From the human T2T-CHM13v2.0 reference genome, Homo sapiens, in assembly GCF_009914755.1 (NCBI RefSeq), contig NC_060930.1: 64,000 nucleotides of DNA. One strand, written 5' to 3'. The position numbers and the translations under genes are program-made. The notes under the pieces are model-generated. The model saw nothing but the letters and a program-made list of their open reading frames with translations, made no database searches and was not told the origin of the DNA. Each line of letters begins with the position of its first letter. The first letter of the stretch is position 1. Positions 1 through 14,912 of this stretch are shown here, in pieces.

Positions 1-1209
1 TGGGTCCTCTATGAATTCTCCAGATTTCACTTGTCCAAAGTTTGATACACTGTTTTAACATTAAACTGATCAATGTAAAATGTAGTTGAAGTTTTATCTT
101 ATAATTTTTAATCAGAATGGCCTGCTGAAATAGTAGATTTCAGCATTATGTGTTCAAACTGCTAAAATAATGCTGCTGAGCTGAATTATGTTCAAATTGT
201 GTCTGCTGTGATCTCTATGTTCTTTTCTGCCACATTCATGCCTAATTAGTCATTCTCTGTCTTATATGTATCATGTTTTTTCCTTAGAGTAGTTCCTGCT
301 TTATACCTGACCTCAAGATTTTCATTATTTCTGACTACTCTTCCAACTTGTGAAGGTCGATTTGAATTATAATCTTCTCCTCTAAAGGGCTAGCCAACCC
401 ACACATTTATTTATCTAGGTCACTGATAAAATGTATAAAATGGTACTTAATCTAGAACTACAAAATACTCCTTATTACTTGTGAATAGTAGATATTAACA
501 GTACAATGTTAATTAGGTGAAGAATGTCAAGGTTATAATTCTAATCTTACATCAATCCATTGGCTTTCCTATGCTTCATAATCACAGACAATACTTCTGA
601 CCTTTGCTCACAATTATAATGTTTGAAAATTAAATCAAATGTCAAAGAAAATCAAATATTACACTGTTATTTTAAAAATATATCCTGTTGTAAGAAGCCA
701 ATATACCTACCAGTATCAAGACACTGACTAAATATGAAGGCAACCAAATGTAGACAACCAAAGCAAGTAATGTAGGGGAATAATGGCCACTCCATCCTAA
801 GGAGAAATGAAGAGTTAAAAGGAAGAAATGATGCAATAATATTCATTTTATCAGCCTTACGATTCCCATCATACATAGAAACTGATCTGTACCGCTTTGT
901 TGAATTGTTGTCTGTATTCCTTTAAGAAAATGTTACAAAATTTTATGAACTAAGTGGTTTTGAAAACTATGGTAAGTGGCCTTTTTTTCTTCTTGCGATA
1001 CTTCTGAATAAAATTGTACATGCATAGATTATGAATATGAAGTATAGCTAGAAATTTTTATATAAGGATTATTCATACATATTTTGAGTTGCTATTTTCC
1101 TTGATATGTAAGACTTCCTTGTAGAGGAATAAACTTGTCTTCCAGATCAACATATCTTGGATATTCTAATTACTAAATGACATCTACTTTTTGTTCTCTT
1201 TTTGCTGGG

Positions 1210-1840
1210 TCGGGTCCTGCTCATCTCCCTGGTCTTTTAAAATTGGAGGTGTTCATAACTTAGCCTATGGGTCTCTCCATTTTTCTATCAATCTTCCATT
1301 GCATGAGTATACAATCTTATGGATTTATGCAATAATACACATCTTCAGTTTTAATGTTTTCCTTTAACTCTTCCCTAACCACAACTTCTACTAATCATTA
1401 TACCTCATTCCACCTAAAATGGCGTTTTGCTAATTCGTCAAATACCCAGGCGTACGTTAAGACATTTTTAATTGTTTGGTACTTATATCTTAGGACATTT
1501 GTACTTGTTTTTCTCTCAGTCTGGTACTCTGTTGTCCCAGATATGAATATACGTTTTTCTTCTCCTTTTTCAAAACTCACTCAAATGTGATATGAAGTTT
1601 GCAATCTTCTCTGAACACACAATTTGGAAGTCCCATCTGCTATCACAACTTTCTATCCCCGTTATCTGTCTGTTTTCCTTTTAATATTAATATATAAAAT
1701 AACACATAGTTTTTTTCTTAACTCTTTTGGCTTCTCTTACTATAACAAACTGTAAATGCTTTTTCTGTTTTGTTTACTGTTGCACTGATAATGTTTAGAA
1801 TGGCTCTGGACACATAATAGCATTGCAATAAATATTGGCT
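1210..1840 (+). mobile_element. L2 (L2a-like) LINE relic, 3' portion
   Basis: Degenerate L2 motifs 'ctcatctccctggtcttttaaaattggag' and 3' end 'ctggacacataatagcattgcaataaatattgg'; boundaries approximate. Confidence 0.6.
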
Positions 1841-1883
1841 ACAAAATAGGTATTAGGTTTATGTATTCATACAGGTAGATTAC

Positions 1884-2030
1884 AAAATGGTTAAAAGGTA
1901 TGCTCTTGAGTCCAACTGTCTGAGACTAAAAGTCCAATTTCACCACTTTCTAATTCTCTAACTGAATAAATCACTTAATTACATGACCTTGATTCCTTTG
2001 TCTTTAAACGGAATAATAATAGCGACTAAC
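1884..2030 (+). mobile_element. MIR SINE fragment
   Basis: Degenerate MIR core 'aaatcacttaattacatgaccttgattcctttgtctttaaacggaataataatag'. Confidence 0.55.
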
Positions 2031-2300
2031 TATATTAGTTTCCAAATGTTGCTGGAACACAGTACCACATACTAGGCAACTTAAAATGACAAAGATGCAT
2101 TCTTTCATAGTTCAGGAGGCTGAAAGTCTAAAATCAAGCTGTCAATAGGATTATGCTTTGTCTCAATGTTCTGAGTGAGAATCTGTTCCATGCTTTTGGG
2201 TTCCGGCAACTCTTCGTGTTCCTTGGCTTGTAGGTAAATCTAGCTAACATTTGCCTCCAAAGTCACATGGACTTTTCACCTGTGTCTCTCTGTGTCTCCA
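2031..2300 (-). mobile_element. MLT1 (MLT1B/C-like) MaLR LTR, partial
   Basis: Starts 'tatattagtttcc...agtaccacatactaggcaacttaaaa...ttcaggaggctgaaagtctaaaatcaag', the reverse complement of the MLT1 3' end. Confidence 0.75.
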
Positions 2301-2329
2301 GCTTTCCCCTCAAGGTTTGTTCTCTCTGT

Positions 2330-2456
2330 ACATTTTCCTCTAGAGTACAAATTCCATAAAGGCAGAGCATCTGCCTCTGTTCCTCACCATTGTACGCTCA
2401 GGGTCTAACTCACTTCCTGGTGCCCAATAGGTGCTCTAATTTGTTTAATAAATGAT
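2330..2456 (+). mobile_element. L2 3' terminus
   Basis: 'ttccataaaggcagagc...cctggtgcccaataggtgctctaatttgtttaataaatga'. Confidence 0.6.
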
Positions 2457-3159
2457 GGGCTATGTTGTCAATAGGATAGAAGCTGATACATTCTATATTT
2501 ATAAATAAATATTGAGCAAAAATTTTGATTCTGATTTCTCTCTAAATTAGAAAAGCATAAGCCTGGAAACAGTGGTCTTTGTCTGAATATTATGTGGATA
2601 TATTACCAATTGATCAACCCTGAAAACGATTTAAGGCGTTTCATAATCAATAATCCATTTAGTAACTGGTGTGAAAACATTTCTCAAATATTGATTTCAA
2701 GAGAATTATAATCACAAATGTAACATCCCCATTTGATCATATCTCCTCTACTAAGGGATTTTATATTCCTTCACTTAAAAATTCCTTTATAGTAGAAATA
2801 ATTATGTCTCTAATCATTGGGCAATATTGCACATTTGAATTGCTAAAATCTTTTAAAATAATTTTCAAATAGAAAATACAGAATATGTCCTTGCAAAAGT
2901 ATCATTCATTATATCATGCTGTGCCTTCTGTTATTTCATATCTAAAAGAGTACATATATGTAAAATACCTTCAGAGTCAAGGCCTCTGAGATTATTAGAA
3001 CATGACTTCTACATATGAAGTAAAATGCTCATTCTAAAAATACTGTTTTGATAATTGATAATATTAGTACTATAAGTAAAATATTATATATGTATATGCA
3101 GTTAAGTGTGTCTATATATATTCTGCATCTATACAATAATATATAAAAATACTCAAGAT

Positions 3160-4660
3160 TAAATAGGAGCCAGTCCATAAGTATAAGAAGGAAAGAAAAA
3201 AAATCTTTCTTTATTTGCCAATAACATGATAAAAAGGAATAGAAAAATAGAGAAATTGAACAAAATAAAGAGCTGAAAAATAGATCCTTGCATATATGAA
3301 AACTAACATATAACAGAGGTGGTAAAAACTCAGTGGAGAAAGAATGAACCCTTCAACAACTGTGCTAGGATAATTGGTCTTTCATATGAAAAAAAAGTTC
3401 AATACCACGCATTAAAATGGATTATATGTACAGAAAAAACTAAATGTTGAAAGCAAAACTTTAAAATATTAAAAACAAAATATGAAAACACAATTAGAAA
3501 TAGGTTTGATTAATTTAGCTACATTAAAATACATCTTTTAAAACTTCTGTGTGGCAAGAGGAACCATGAATAAAGCTAAAAAAAATTGCCAAAGAGTGCA
3601 TAGAAGAGTTTAAAATACATGTTTAAAGTAAAAGAAACAAACAAAAAACCTGTGTAAATGCATACATCATTAAAATCACTTATTCTTTAAAATTTATTTA
3701 TTAAATACCTGTTTTATATCAGGCATTTTCATAGGCTCTTAGGATAAATAGACAAACAAAGGAAAAGAAGATCTCAACCTTTTGGGAGTTTATACTCTAA
3801 CTAAGAGAGACTAAAGATATTAGATAAGTGATGTGCTATATTGCAGGGGGCAGGTGGTGGGTGGAAGGGCAACCAGAGCAGGGTAATGAAAATTGCGAGT
3901 ATGAAGTTGGATGATAAATCGCAGTTTGGGGCCGAGTGGTCAGAGTAGACCTCATTGAGAATATTACATCCAGGCAAAGACTTATGAAAGTATGATATTG
4001 GCTTTCCATGTACTAAACTTTTCAGGTGGACAGAAGAACTGTTGCAGAAGCTCTACCGTTAGAACTTGTTGGTGCATTTGAAATATAGAAGCCAGTATGG
4101 CTGGAGTGGAAGGAGAAAGGAGGAGGTGATTAATAGTTGAGGATGTCAAAGAGGGTAAGATGGGACAGAGCTCAAACTATGTAGATCCTTGTAGGTCATG
4201 GTTAGGGATAGGACTTTTACATTCAGTGAATCAGGAGCCTTTGTAGGAATTTGCTCCAAATGAGGAGATCAAATGAGTTCTGTTTGGAAAGGAACACAAC
4301 TTCAAATCAATAAAGGAATTGCAAACAACACAATCACACAGTGAGTAAAGGATATAAATGAATGATTCACCACACAGAAAACCAGAGTAATTTATAACCA
4401 TATGAAATATGCTAAAACTCACTGACAATGAGTTATACAAAATAAAAACTTAAAAAATATTATTCATACTCTACTTCATCTTTCATAGTCATATGATTGA
4501 CAAAAAATGGAATCTTGATACAATCATATGTTTATGGTAAGGGGCTCTCATGTACTGATTGTGGAGTATAAACTGGTACAATAATTTGGAAGACTAATGT
4601 GAGACCAAGTAGCAAAGAAGAAGCTATATATGCTGTTGATCAACTTTTGTATATCCTGAT
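3160..4660 (+). mobile_element. Old L1M (L1ME-like) ORF2 relic in two pieces (~3160-3620, ~4300-4660) around an L2
   Basis: A-rich L1 ORF2-like text 'cagtggagaaagaatgaacccttcaacaactgtgctaggataattgg' and 'ggagtataaactggtacaataatttggaag'. Confidence 0.55.
3692..4293 (-). mobile_element. L2a relic
   Basis: 'tttattaaatacctgttttatatcaggcatt...gccagtatggctggagtgga...ccttgtaggtcatggttagg' matches the reverse L2a 3' region. Confidence 0.7.
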
Positions 4661-4724
4661 ATATATAAGCTGGATGCTGTATGGATACTGAAATTATTTG
4701 AAATTTTTGTCAATGTAATAAACA

Positions 4725-5390
4725 AAGGAGACTATTATTACTTAATTTGTATGTCCTTAATAGTGAAGCTGAGCAATTTTCACAGGCTGGTCTTATATTA
4801 TCTTTGCCTATTGTAAAAATCATTCTCTTTTTGTAAGCAAATTGTAGGTGCTTTTTATATGTTTAGTATATTGGTCTTTTTAATATATTATGAATATTAT
4901 CTTAATTTCTTATTTGCATTTTAGCTTTGTTTTTTATCTTATAGAACTTATACATTTTTGTATATTTATATAAGACAAGACATTCTTTTTTTATTTGGGG
5001 TTTCATGACTTAAATTACTAAATTCTGCCTACTGTGAACATTTTGTCCAGACTTTTAAATATATGTTTGTTTGTGTGTGTGTATTTATATATATATACAT
5101 ATTTTAAATTTTGTTGCCTACATTTTAGTAGTCAGTCTTGATTTTTCTATTTCATATGTAGTTTCAAAATTGTATTTATTTTTAAATTAATACATAGGAC
5201 ATTTTCTAATCACTTTTATTAATGATCTGCTTTTTAACCACAAAATTCAAATGCCACCATTCTTATATATTAAGTCCCCAGCTATATTTGGATGTATCTT
5301 AATGCTGTACTTTTCAACAGGTTCATTTGTTCACTTTTATGTCAGTCCCATTCTGTTATAGTTAAAAAAGCTTTATGGATTATTTCTTCA
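4725..5390 (-). mobile_element. Old L1M relic
   Basis: T-rich antisense L1 text 'aatttgtatgtccttaatagtgaagctgagcaattttcac'. Confidence 0.45.
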
Positions 5391-5714
5391 ACTTTTAAAA
5401 TATAATTTATTTTTAATTGAAAATGATAATTGTATTTAAGGAGTAAAATGTGGTGTTTTGATATGTTTTTAATTAAGAATTAATTAAATCAAGCGAATTG
5501 GCATATATATCTTTTTAATTTGTTAAAAAAGCTAAGGTGATATATTTTCCTTCTGATGACTTCTTAGCAAAATTTCCAACATTTTGAAATAAGATAAATT
5601 TTTAAGACAACTTTTTAATCTCTTGATCCAAGAGTTACATTGATGACTATTTCTTTTTGCCTCTTGAGATTTCTAAGTAGATTAGTGTTAGTTTATGCTT
5701 TTGCTGTCAAAATG

Positions 5715-5952
5715 GCTGAGTTCATGGACACTTGAACAAATTGGCCTGTATTTAAATCCTCCCTCTTCCAATTAAAGCTGTGGGATCTTGAGCAAATAAC
5801 TTCTCACGCATAGGTTTATTCATCTATAATATGGAGAATATGTTAGTACATACTCTAGGGTAAATGTGAGAATTAAATGACTTAATGTATGTGCTTTATT
5901 TAGAATACTACTGATGCATGGTATGTGCTTATAGTGATTGGTATTATTATTG
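5715..5952 (+). mobile_element. MIR SINE
   Basis: 'agctgtgggatcttgagcaaataac...catctataatatggag...gtgagaattaaatga'. Confidence 0.7.
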
Positions 5953-6409
5953 TTACATAATTTTAAATAATAATGAATACATTGTATATAATTTATATAC
6001 ATAATTAATTGACTCCATGGGTCAAGATAGTATTTCTTATTCACTTAAGTTTCCTCTACTTCATCTTTCATGTTAAGTGCAAGATATTTAAATATCATCA
6101 CTATACATCTCTAGGAGACTGTTTAGTTTTCTGCCATATTGTTGAGTACAAAGTAATTGTCAATAACATTGACTTTTGCCAGTTATACCATTTGTTATTA
6201 TAAAATATTCCTTATTAACTCATATAATAGGTTTGGCTTGAAGTCCATTTAGTGAAGTTATATCATTGCTGCTCTTGATTTATTTTAAATTTATTTTGCC
6301 TGATACACGTCTCCATTATTTTTGTTTCTTTTCAGCCTTTTCTTATTATTTGTATTTGTGTCTCTTTTAAATAGGATGTAGCAGAATTTTTTGTGTTAGA
6401 AGCATTTGA

Positions 6410-6751
<342 letters not shown>

Positions 6752-7377
6752 TTGTTTATATTTTAATAGACTTTTTAAAGCAAATATTATTTTACCTATA
6801 GATTAAAATTAAATATTTACTAAGCCCCACCTCATGATTATAGGGCCCTTTCACTTTCTTACTTTCCTTTTCTATCCTAGCTAACTCCTAATTTGTTAAC
6901 TCAGAACTGAAATTTAGTTTCAGACCATTAGGTTTTTTCTTACAGACCCTTCGATTTTATGAATGAATGAACAATTATATTTCAGTTTCTAGTGATATTA
7001 TTACCATCACCATTTAGTTAACTACATAAATTATTAGATTTGTCACTTACAATCTTTTGTGCTCTTTGTTTCCTATCTTAAGATATGTTTTCTCTTAAAT
7101 TTTCATTTGGTTGTAGTGTAGTAGTTTCTCTTCCTAACTGATGTAACTGCTTAGTAACTTCTGCTAAATGTGGGATTTTTATAAAGCAATATTTTTAAAA
7201 TACTTATAAGATTAGGTGGCAAAACATGCAACATGCCAGTTTGTCATTAATATTATGAAGTATTCCAGAATTTTGTATCTTCCGGTGTTGCCGACTAGAA
7301 ATTGAATGCCACTCTCTTTCCCTTTTATACATAATGTGTCTACATATCTGGAAACATTAAGATTCTGTTTACCCTCA

Positions 7378-7789
7378 TGTCATGGACTGAATGTTTGTGT
7401 TCCTCTAAACTTCATATGTTGAACACCTAATCCCCCATGCCCCGTGTGGCAGTATTTGGACACGGGACGCATAAAGAAACAATTAAGGTTAAATGAGTTT
7501 ATATAGGCGGATCCATGATCCAATAGGTTAAGTGTCCTTATAAGAAGAGACATCAGAGAGCTCTCTCCACCATGTTCTGCCACACACACATGCACAAAAA
7601 AGCCATGTGAGCAAACTGCAAGATGGCAACCACCTATAAGCTAAAATAAGAGGTCTCAGAATGAAAACTCCCTTGCTAATATCTTGATCTTGGATATAGT
7701 AACCTCAAAAACTGTGAGAAAAAGATCTGTATCATTTATACCACTCAATCTGTGGTATTTTGTTAGGACAGCCTGAGCAAACTAATACA
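7378..7789 (+). mobile_element. MLT1A/B solo LTR
   Basis: TG...CA ends: 'tgtcatggactgaatgtttgtgttcc' to 'tgtggtattttgttaggacagcctgagcaaactaataca'. Confidence 0.85.
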
Positions 7790-8318
7790 CCTGGATATTA
7801 AGAAGATTTCATGGGATATATCTCAATATGTGTCTTAACTCTTAGTGAAAAATCTTGAAATGACTAGTCAAACCATTCTATTTGACTGTATTACTTTTCC
7901 TCCATCATTCTTTTTCAATTTGTAACTGTCATTATTCAAAAAATCAGGTACTCTGGATCTGTTCTCCATCTCCGTGATTTTTTTGTTCCTGGCATTTTTC
8001 TTTTCTTTCTTTTGTATTTTTACTCTGTACTGTGAGATAACTGTTCTATTTACCACTTTATATTGCTAAAAATATTTGATGCTGCAACTCAACTTGACAT
8101 TGCTCCCATTATGTAAAAAAAAAAAAGCTATTTAATCTACTGAGTTTCCTTAAATTGTCTAAAAACAATATTTTTATACTTATGAGAGTCAATCTGAGTT
8201 CTTTCAAGATTCATTCACATTATACCACTGGGATTTATGAGCCACTGGGAGGTTGGAATATGATTTGAATTTAAGAAGGAACTTATTCCTCTCTCAAACA
8301 GAGATAATGTTTTAGAGG

Positions 8319-10341
8319 TACATTAGTCCATTCTCATATTGCTATAAAGAATTTTCTGAGACTGGGTAATTTATAAAGCCAAGAGATGTAATCGACTCAC
8401 AGTTCCATTTGGATGGGGAAGCCTCAGGAAACTGACAATCATGGAAGAAGGGGAAGGAATCATATATTTCTTTACATGATGGCAGGAAGGAGAAGTGCTG
8501 AGCAAAAGGGGGAAAATCTCCTTATAAAACCACCATATCTCCAGAGAACTCAGTCACTATCACAAGAACAGCATGAGGGCAATTGCCTCCATGATTCAAT
8601 TACCTTCCACCAGGTTCTTCTCATGACATATGGGGATAACGGGAACTACAATTCAAGATGAGATTTGCATGGGGACACAATCAAGCCATGATATTTCACC
8701 CCTTCCCCCTCCAAAATCTCATGTACTTACATTTCAAAACACAACCATGCCTTCCCAGTAGTAGCTTTACAGGATACTACATCCCTCCTGGCTGTTTTCA
8801 CAGGCTGACATTTAGTGTCTGTGGCTTTTCCAGATGCATGGTGCAAGCTTTCATTGGTTCTACCATTCTGGGGTCTGGTGGGTCTAGTGGCCCTCTTCTC
8901 ACAGCTCCACTTGGCAGTGACCCAGTGGGAGCTCAATGTGGGTTCTCCAACCCCACATTTCCTCTCCACACAGCCCTAGCAGAGGCTATACATTAGAGTT
9001 CTGCCTCTGCAGCAAACTTCTGCCTGGACTTCAGGCATTTCCATATATCCTCTGAAATCTAGGCAGAGCTTCCCAAACTTCAATTCTTGATATTGGTGCA
9101 CCTGCAGGCTCAACACCATGTGGAAACTGCCAAGGTTTGGGGCTTGCACCCTGCAAAGCCATGGCTTGGTCTATATCTTGGTCACTTTTAGCCATGGCTG
9201 GGACATAGGGCACCAAGTCCTGAGACTGCACAAAGCAGCAAGGCCCATAGGCCAAGCCCACAAAACCATTTTTCCCTCCGAGACCTCCAGGCCTGTGATG
9301 GGAGGGGCTGCTCTGAAGACCTCTGACATGACCTGGAGATATTTTCCACATTGTCTTGGCAATTAACATTTGACTTCTCCTTACTTATGCAAATTTTTGC
9401 AGCCGGCTTGAATTTCTCCTCAGAAAATGAGATTTTCTTTTCTATCACATCATCAGGCTGCAAATTTTCTGAAATTGTATGCTCTTATTTCCTTTTAAAC
9501 TTAAGTTTCAATTCCAAAGTATATATTTGTGAATATATAATGCTAAATGCTTTTAATAACACCTAAATCACCTCTTGAATGCTTTGTTACTTAGAAGTTT
9601 CTTCTGCCAGATACTTTAAATAATCTCTCTCATGTTCAAAGTTCCACAGATCTTAGAGCAGGGGCAACATGCCTCCAGTCTCTTTGCTAAAGCATAGCAA
9701 GAATCACCTTTATTCCAGTTCCCAACAAGTTCCTCATCTCCATCTGAGACCATCTCAGCGTAGACTTCATTGTCCATATCACTAGCAGCATTTTGATCAA
9801 AGCCATTCAACCAAGTCTCTAGAAAGTTCTGAACTTTCCCACATCTTCCTTTTTTTTTTTCACCCTCCAAACAATTCCAACCTCTGTCTCTTACCCAGTT
9901 CCAAAGTCACTTCCACATTTGTGGGTACGTTTATAGCAGCACCTCACTCTTTGCAGTACCAATTTACTGTATTAGTCCATTCTCATGCTGCTATAAGGAA
10001 CTGCCTGATACTGGATAATTTATAAAGGAAAAAGGTTTAATGACTCACAGTTCTGCATGGATGGGGAGGCCTCAGGAAACTTACATTCATGGTAGAATGG
10101 GAAACAAACATGTCATTCTTCACATGATGGAAGGAAGGAGAAGTGCCAAGCAAAAGGGGTAAAAGCTCATAATAAAACCAACAGATGGCCTGAGAACTCA
10201 CTCACTATCATGGGAACAGCATGAGGGTAACTGTCCCCACGATTCAATTACTCTCCACTGGGTCCCTTCCATGAAATGTGGGAATTATAGGAACTACAGT
10301 TCAAGATGAGATTTGGGTGGGGATACAGCAAAATCATATCA
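8319..10341 (-). mobile_element. Complete THE1D MaLR provirus: 3' LTR 8319-8693, internal 8694-9967, 5' LTR 9968-10341
   Basis: Two homologous ~375-bp LTRs flank THE1-int sequence; exact 5-bp TSD AGAGG at 8314-8318 and 10342-10346. Confidence 0.95.
9616..9870 (-). pseudogene. Remnant of the MaLR (THE1-int) internal ORF
   Basis: Peptide 'NGFDQNAASDMDNEVYAEMVSDGDEELVGNWNKGDSCYALAKRL' is typical THE1/MST-int translation; frame broken on both sides. Confidence 0.8.
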
Positions 10342-11213
10342 AGAGGCTCTCACATTTCGATATGGATCACGTGGGTATAATGGGGATATAGATCAGGGAA
10401 GCCAAGGGTTTCTTGATATATCGCAGTGGAGCAGGTCATCACAGCAGAACACTGTCTCTTGAGGGCAGTACAATGAGTGGTAATGACAATGTTCTCTAAA
10501 GATTACATGAAGGGTTTTGGCAAGTATAGTTCTTCTTCTCGATGTACTGATGGAGACCTATTTGACTCAGCCATAAAGACCCCTAAGACAGTTGGAGAAG
10601 TGGAAGTGTTTCCACTAAGTGTGTCATAGCCTTCTAGATCTATTCTCCTTTCTATCCCCATAACCACCTGCATTTTAAAAATTAGTAACAAGCTGTAGTA
10701 AGAAGTCTCGGAGATGTTGGAACTTCAAATGTAGGGTGTGTATATTTTACTAGTTTAGTTGTCACTTCAAAGAATTGAAAGAATTAGTCCTTTAAAAGAC
10801 ATGTTAGTTGGTATTTTTGGACAGCAGAATAGAGGGATCACACAATGTCCAAGTAAGTTTTAGGGTCCGTAGTATGAGATAATCTCTTAGGCAAGAGGAA
10901 AATATAGAACAATATGAAAGGATAAAATAACAACAAGTTTACCGCTTGTACAGTGGCAACTGGAGAAATGTGCAAGAGGGTTTCAAAAAGTTCATAGAAA
11001 AATGGAATTAAATGATAAAAATAAAAACTGTAAACTTTATTTCTCATACTGAGCTCCATTAAGTTCAAGACACTTTTGAAAGCAATGACATGAGTCATTT
11101 AGTCCATTTCTAAAGAAATGAAGGTCCTGGGAATTAGCCATGTGAATGCAGTCTTTTTACATTATTAATTAAAGAAAATGGGTGCCATTTATAGTTTTTT
11201 TTTTTAAGAATAG

Positions 11214-11585
11214 TGATATGGTTTGGCTGTGTCCCCACCCACATCTCATCTTGAATTGTACCTCTCATAATTCCCACGTGTTGTGGGTGGGACCTGGTGG
11301 GAGATAATTAAATCTTGGGGGTAGTTTTCCCAAACTGTTCTCATGGTAGTGAATAAGTCTCACAAGTTCTGATGGTTTTATAAGCAGTCCCCCCTTTCAC
11401 TTGGGCCTCATTCTCTCTTTTCCTGCTGCCAAGTAAGATGTGCCTTTGTTCTTCCCTCACCTTCTGCTATAATTGTGAGGCTTCCCCAGCCATGTGGAAC
11501 TGTGAGTCCATTAAATCTCTTTTTCTTTGTGAATTATCTTTATATTGGTATGTCTTTATCAGCAGTGTGAAAACAGACTAATAAA
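11214..11585 (+). mobile_element. THE1C/B solo LTR inserted in HSMAR2
   Basis: 'tgatatggtttggctgtgtccccaccc...cagcagtgtgaaaacagactaataaa'; TSD AATAG (11209-11213) / ATTAG (11586-11590). Confidence 0.93.
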
Positions 11586-12021
11586 ATTAGAAAGTGAAAA
11601 TAAATCCAAATAAGATAATCAAGACTGTAAGGTGGATGCCTAATGATTTCATATCAAAATTCTCACAAATTGCCCATGTTTGATGAGAGAAGTGAGCAAG
11701 CAGGAGCATTCTCTTGGTGAGGAAATACTGGTGAAGATTTCCTAGGCATTTTTCTGCTAAAACTTTGACTAACTTTCTGAAAACACTCTCGTAATAAAAA
11801 GATGTTATTGTTCTTTGGCCCTCCACAAAGTCAACAGAAGAAATACCTTGAGCATCCCCCCAAAACTACTGCCATGGCCTTTGATCTTAACTGGTTCACA
11901 TTTGCTTTGACTAGACCACTTTTGCTTCTTGGTAGCCATTGCTTTGATTGTGCTTTGTCTTCAGGATCATATTGGTAAAGCCATGTTTAACCTACTATAA
12001 TAATTCTTTAAAGAAATGCTT

Positions 12022-13422
<1,401 letters not shown>

Positions 13423-14243
13423 AATAAATGTTTCAGGACCTTGATCTCACTAGAAAATTTCCATTGAAAGCTCTACTCTTGTCTGGAGCTGATCTGGGCA
13501 CAACAGTTTTGGTACCCATTGAGTAGAAAGTTTGCTCAAGCATAATTTTTTAGTAAAAATTGTGTAAGCTGAACCACTTGAGATGTCTATGGTATTGGCT
13601 ATTGTTTATTCTGTTGTCAGTCATTTTCAATTAGGTCACAAAAAAGATTAAACTTTTCCTAGTGAATTGATGTGGATGGTCTGCTTCTGTGGGCTTCATC
13701 TTTAACACCATCTTGTCTCTTCTTAAAATGAATCATCTATTTGTAAACTGTTGACTTATTTGGGGCATTGTCATGAAACATCAATGATTTCACCATTCTT
13801 CTACTCAATTTTCACAATAAGTTTAATAATTTGTTCTTTATCTTAGCAGAATTCATGTTGCTCTTATGGGGGCTCTTCTCAAATTGTCTTATTCTTAGTG
13901 CCTCAAGCTGGATCCTTTACAGACATGTTATAACAAGTTTGTATGAGTTTATTTTGGTGCAAAAAATTGAAATCCATTCATAGTTTTTTCATAATGCACA
14001 CATTCCCTAAACTTTTAAAAGCCATCTTGTATAGGATTGACCATATTTGTGCACATTTGCATGTATGTTTGTGATTATGAGTGAGAGTAGTTAGATTTGA
14101 AGAAGAAATCACATATTTCTAGTATTTTGTCTTACTTTTAGGCACTATCAACTTGCTTTTTATTATAAACATGTTCATATAACTAGTAAGTGCATTAGAA
14201 ATAAATAAAATAAGAGTTCAAATATTTAAACTATGTAGTATGT

Positions 14244-14807
14244 TGTAGGGGGCCAAGGGAAAATTCTCCTTTGCCTTCTATGTGTTTGCTGAAAAGTCAA
14301 CTTGGAAAAGGTAGGTTAATTGCAGAAAAGGCATACACATTGTATTAACATGTACAGGGGAAGAACCGCAGAGTGATGACATGCTTCCCAAGGGGGTTCA
14401 GAAGCTAATATACCATCCTGGGAAGACAGGTTATGTCAGGGAATAGAAGATGAATTCTGCTGAGGAACAATAAGTGATTACTAGGGAGAATGAATGGCCC
14501 AGAAAACAGAGATTAACTTCTAAATAGTTTTCTTTGGAATTTGAATGAGTGGGAGACACAGAGGTTATCTTGTGAAACGGTTTGTTAAGGTGTGTTTGCA
14601 TTCTTGGTCTTACAGAGAGGAGAAAAAACAATGTTCTCTTTGGTGGTTTTGGATCTTAGGCAGATAAAAAAATTCAATTTCATCCTGCTCTTTCAGAGGG
14701 ATGGAGGATGTTAGGTGTGTAGAGAAGGTTTGAGAGACCTTGAAGCTTCTTCAGTTCAGCCTGTCAAAGTGCCATATTTTGGAGTGTCTGTTTCTGATCC
14801 CCCGACA
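14244..14807 (-). mobile_element. MER34/MER39-family ERV1 solo LTR
   Basis: TG...CA termini, 4-bp TSD ATGT (14240-14243, 14808-14811); 'cttcagttcagcctgtcaaagtgccatattttggag' matches the family 5' end on the minus strand. Confidence 0.8.
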
Positions 14808-14912
14808 ATGTCAATAAAACACAGCCTATATGTTTTACATATACAATTCTAAGTATAATCTATTGCATTATTTAATCACATCTCTCTTTACTATGACTCA
14901 TATCTTCTGGGA

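Noticed and set aside
8413-9566. Cluster of overlapping ORFs on both strands
   Set aside because: Open frames within THE1D LTR and internal sequence
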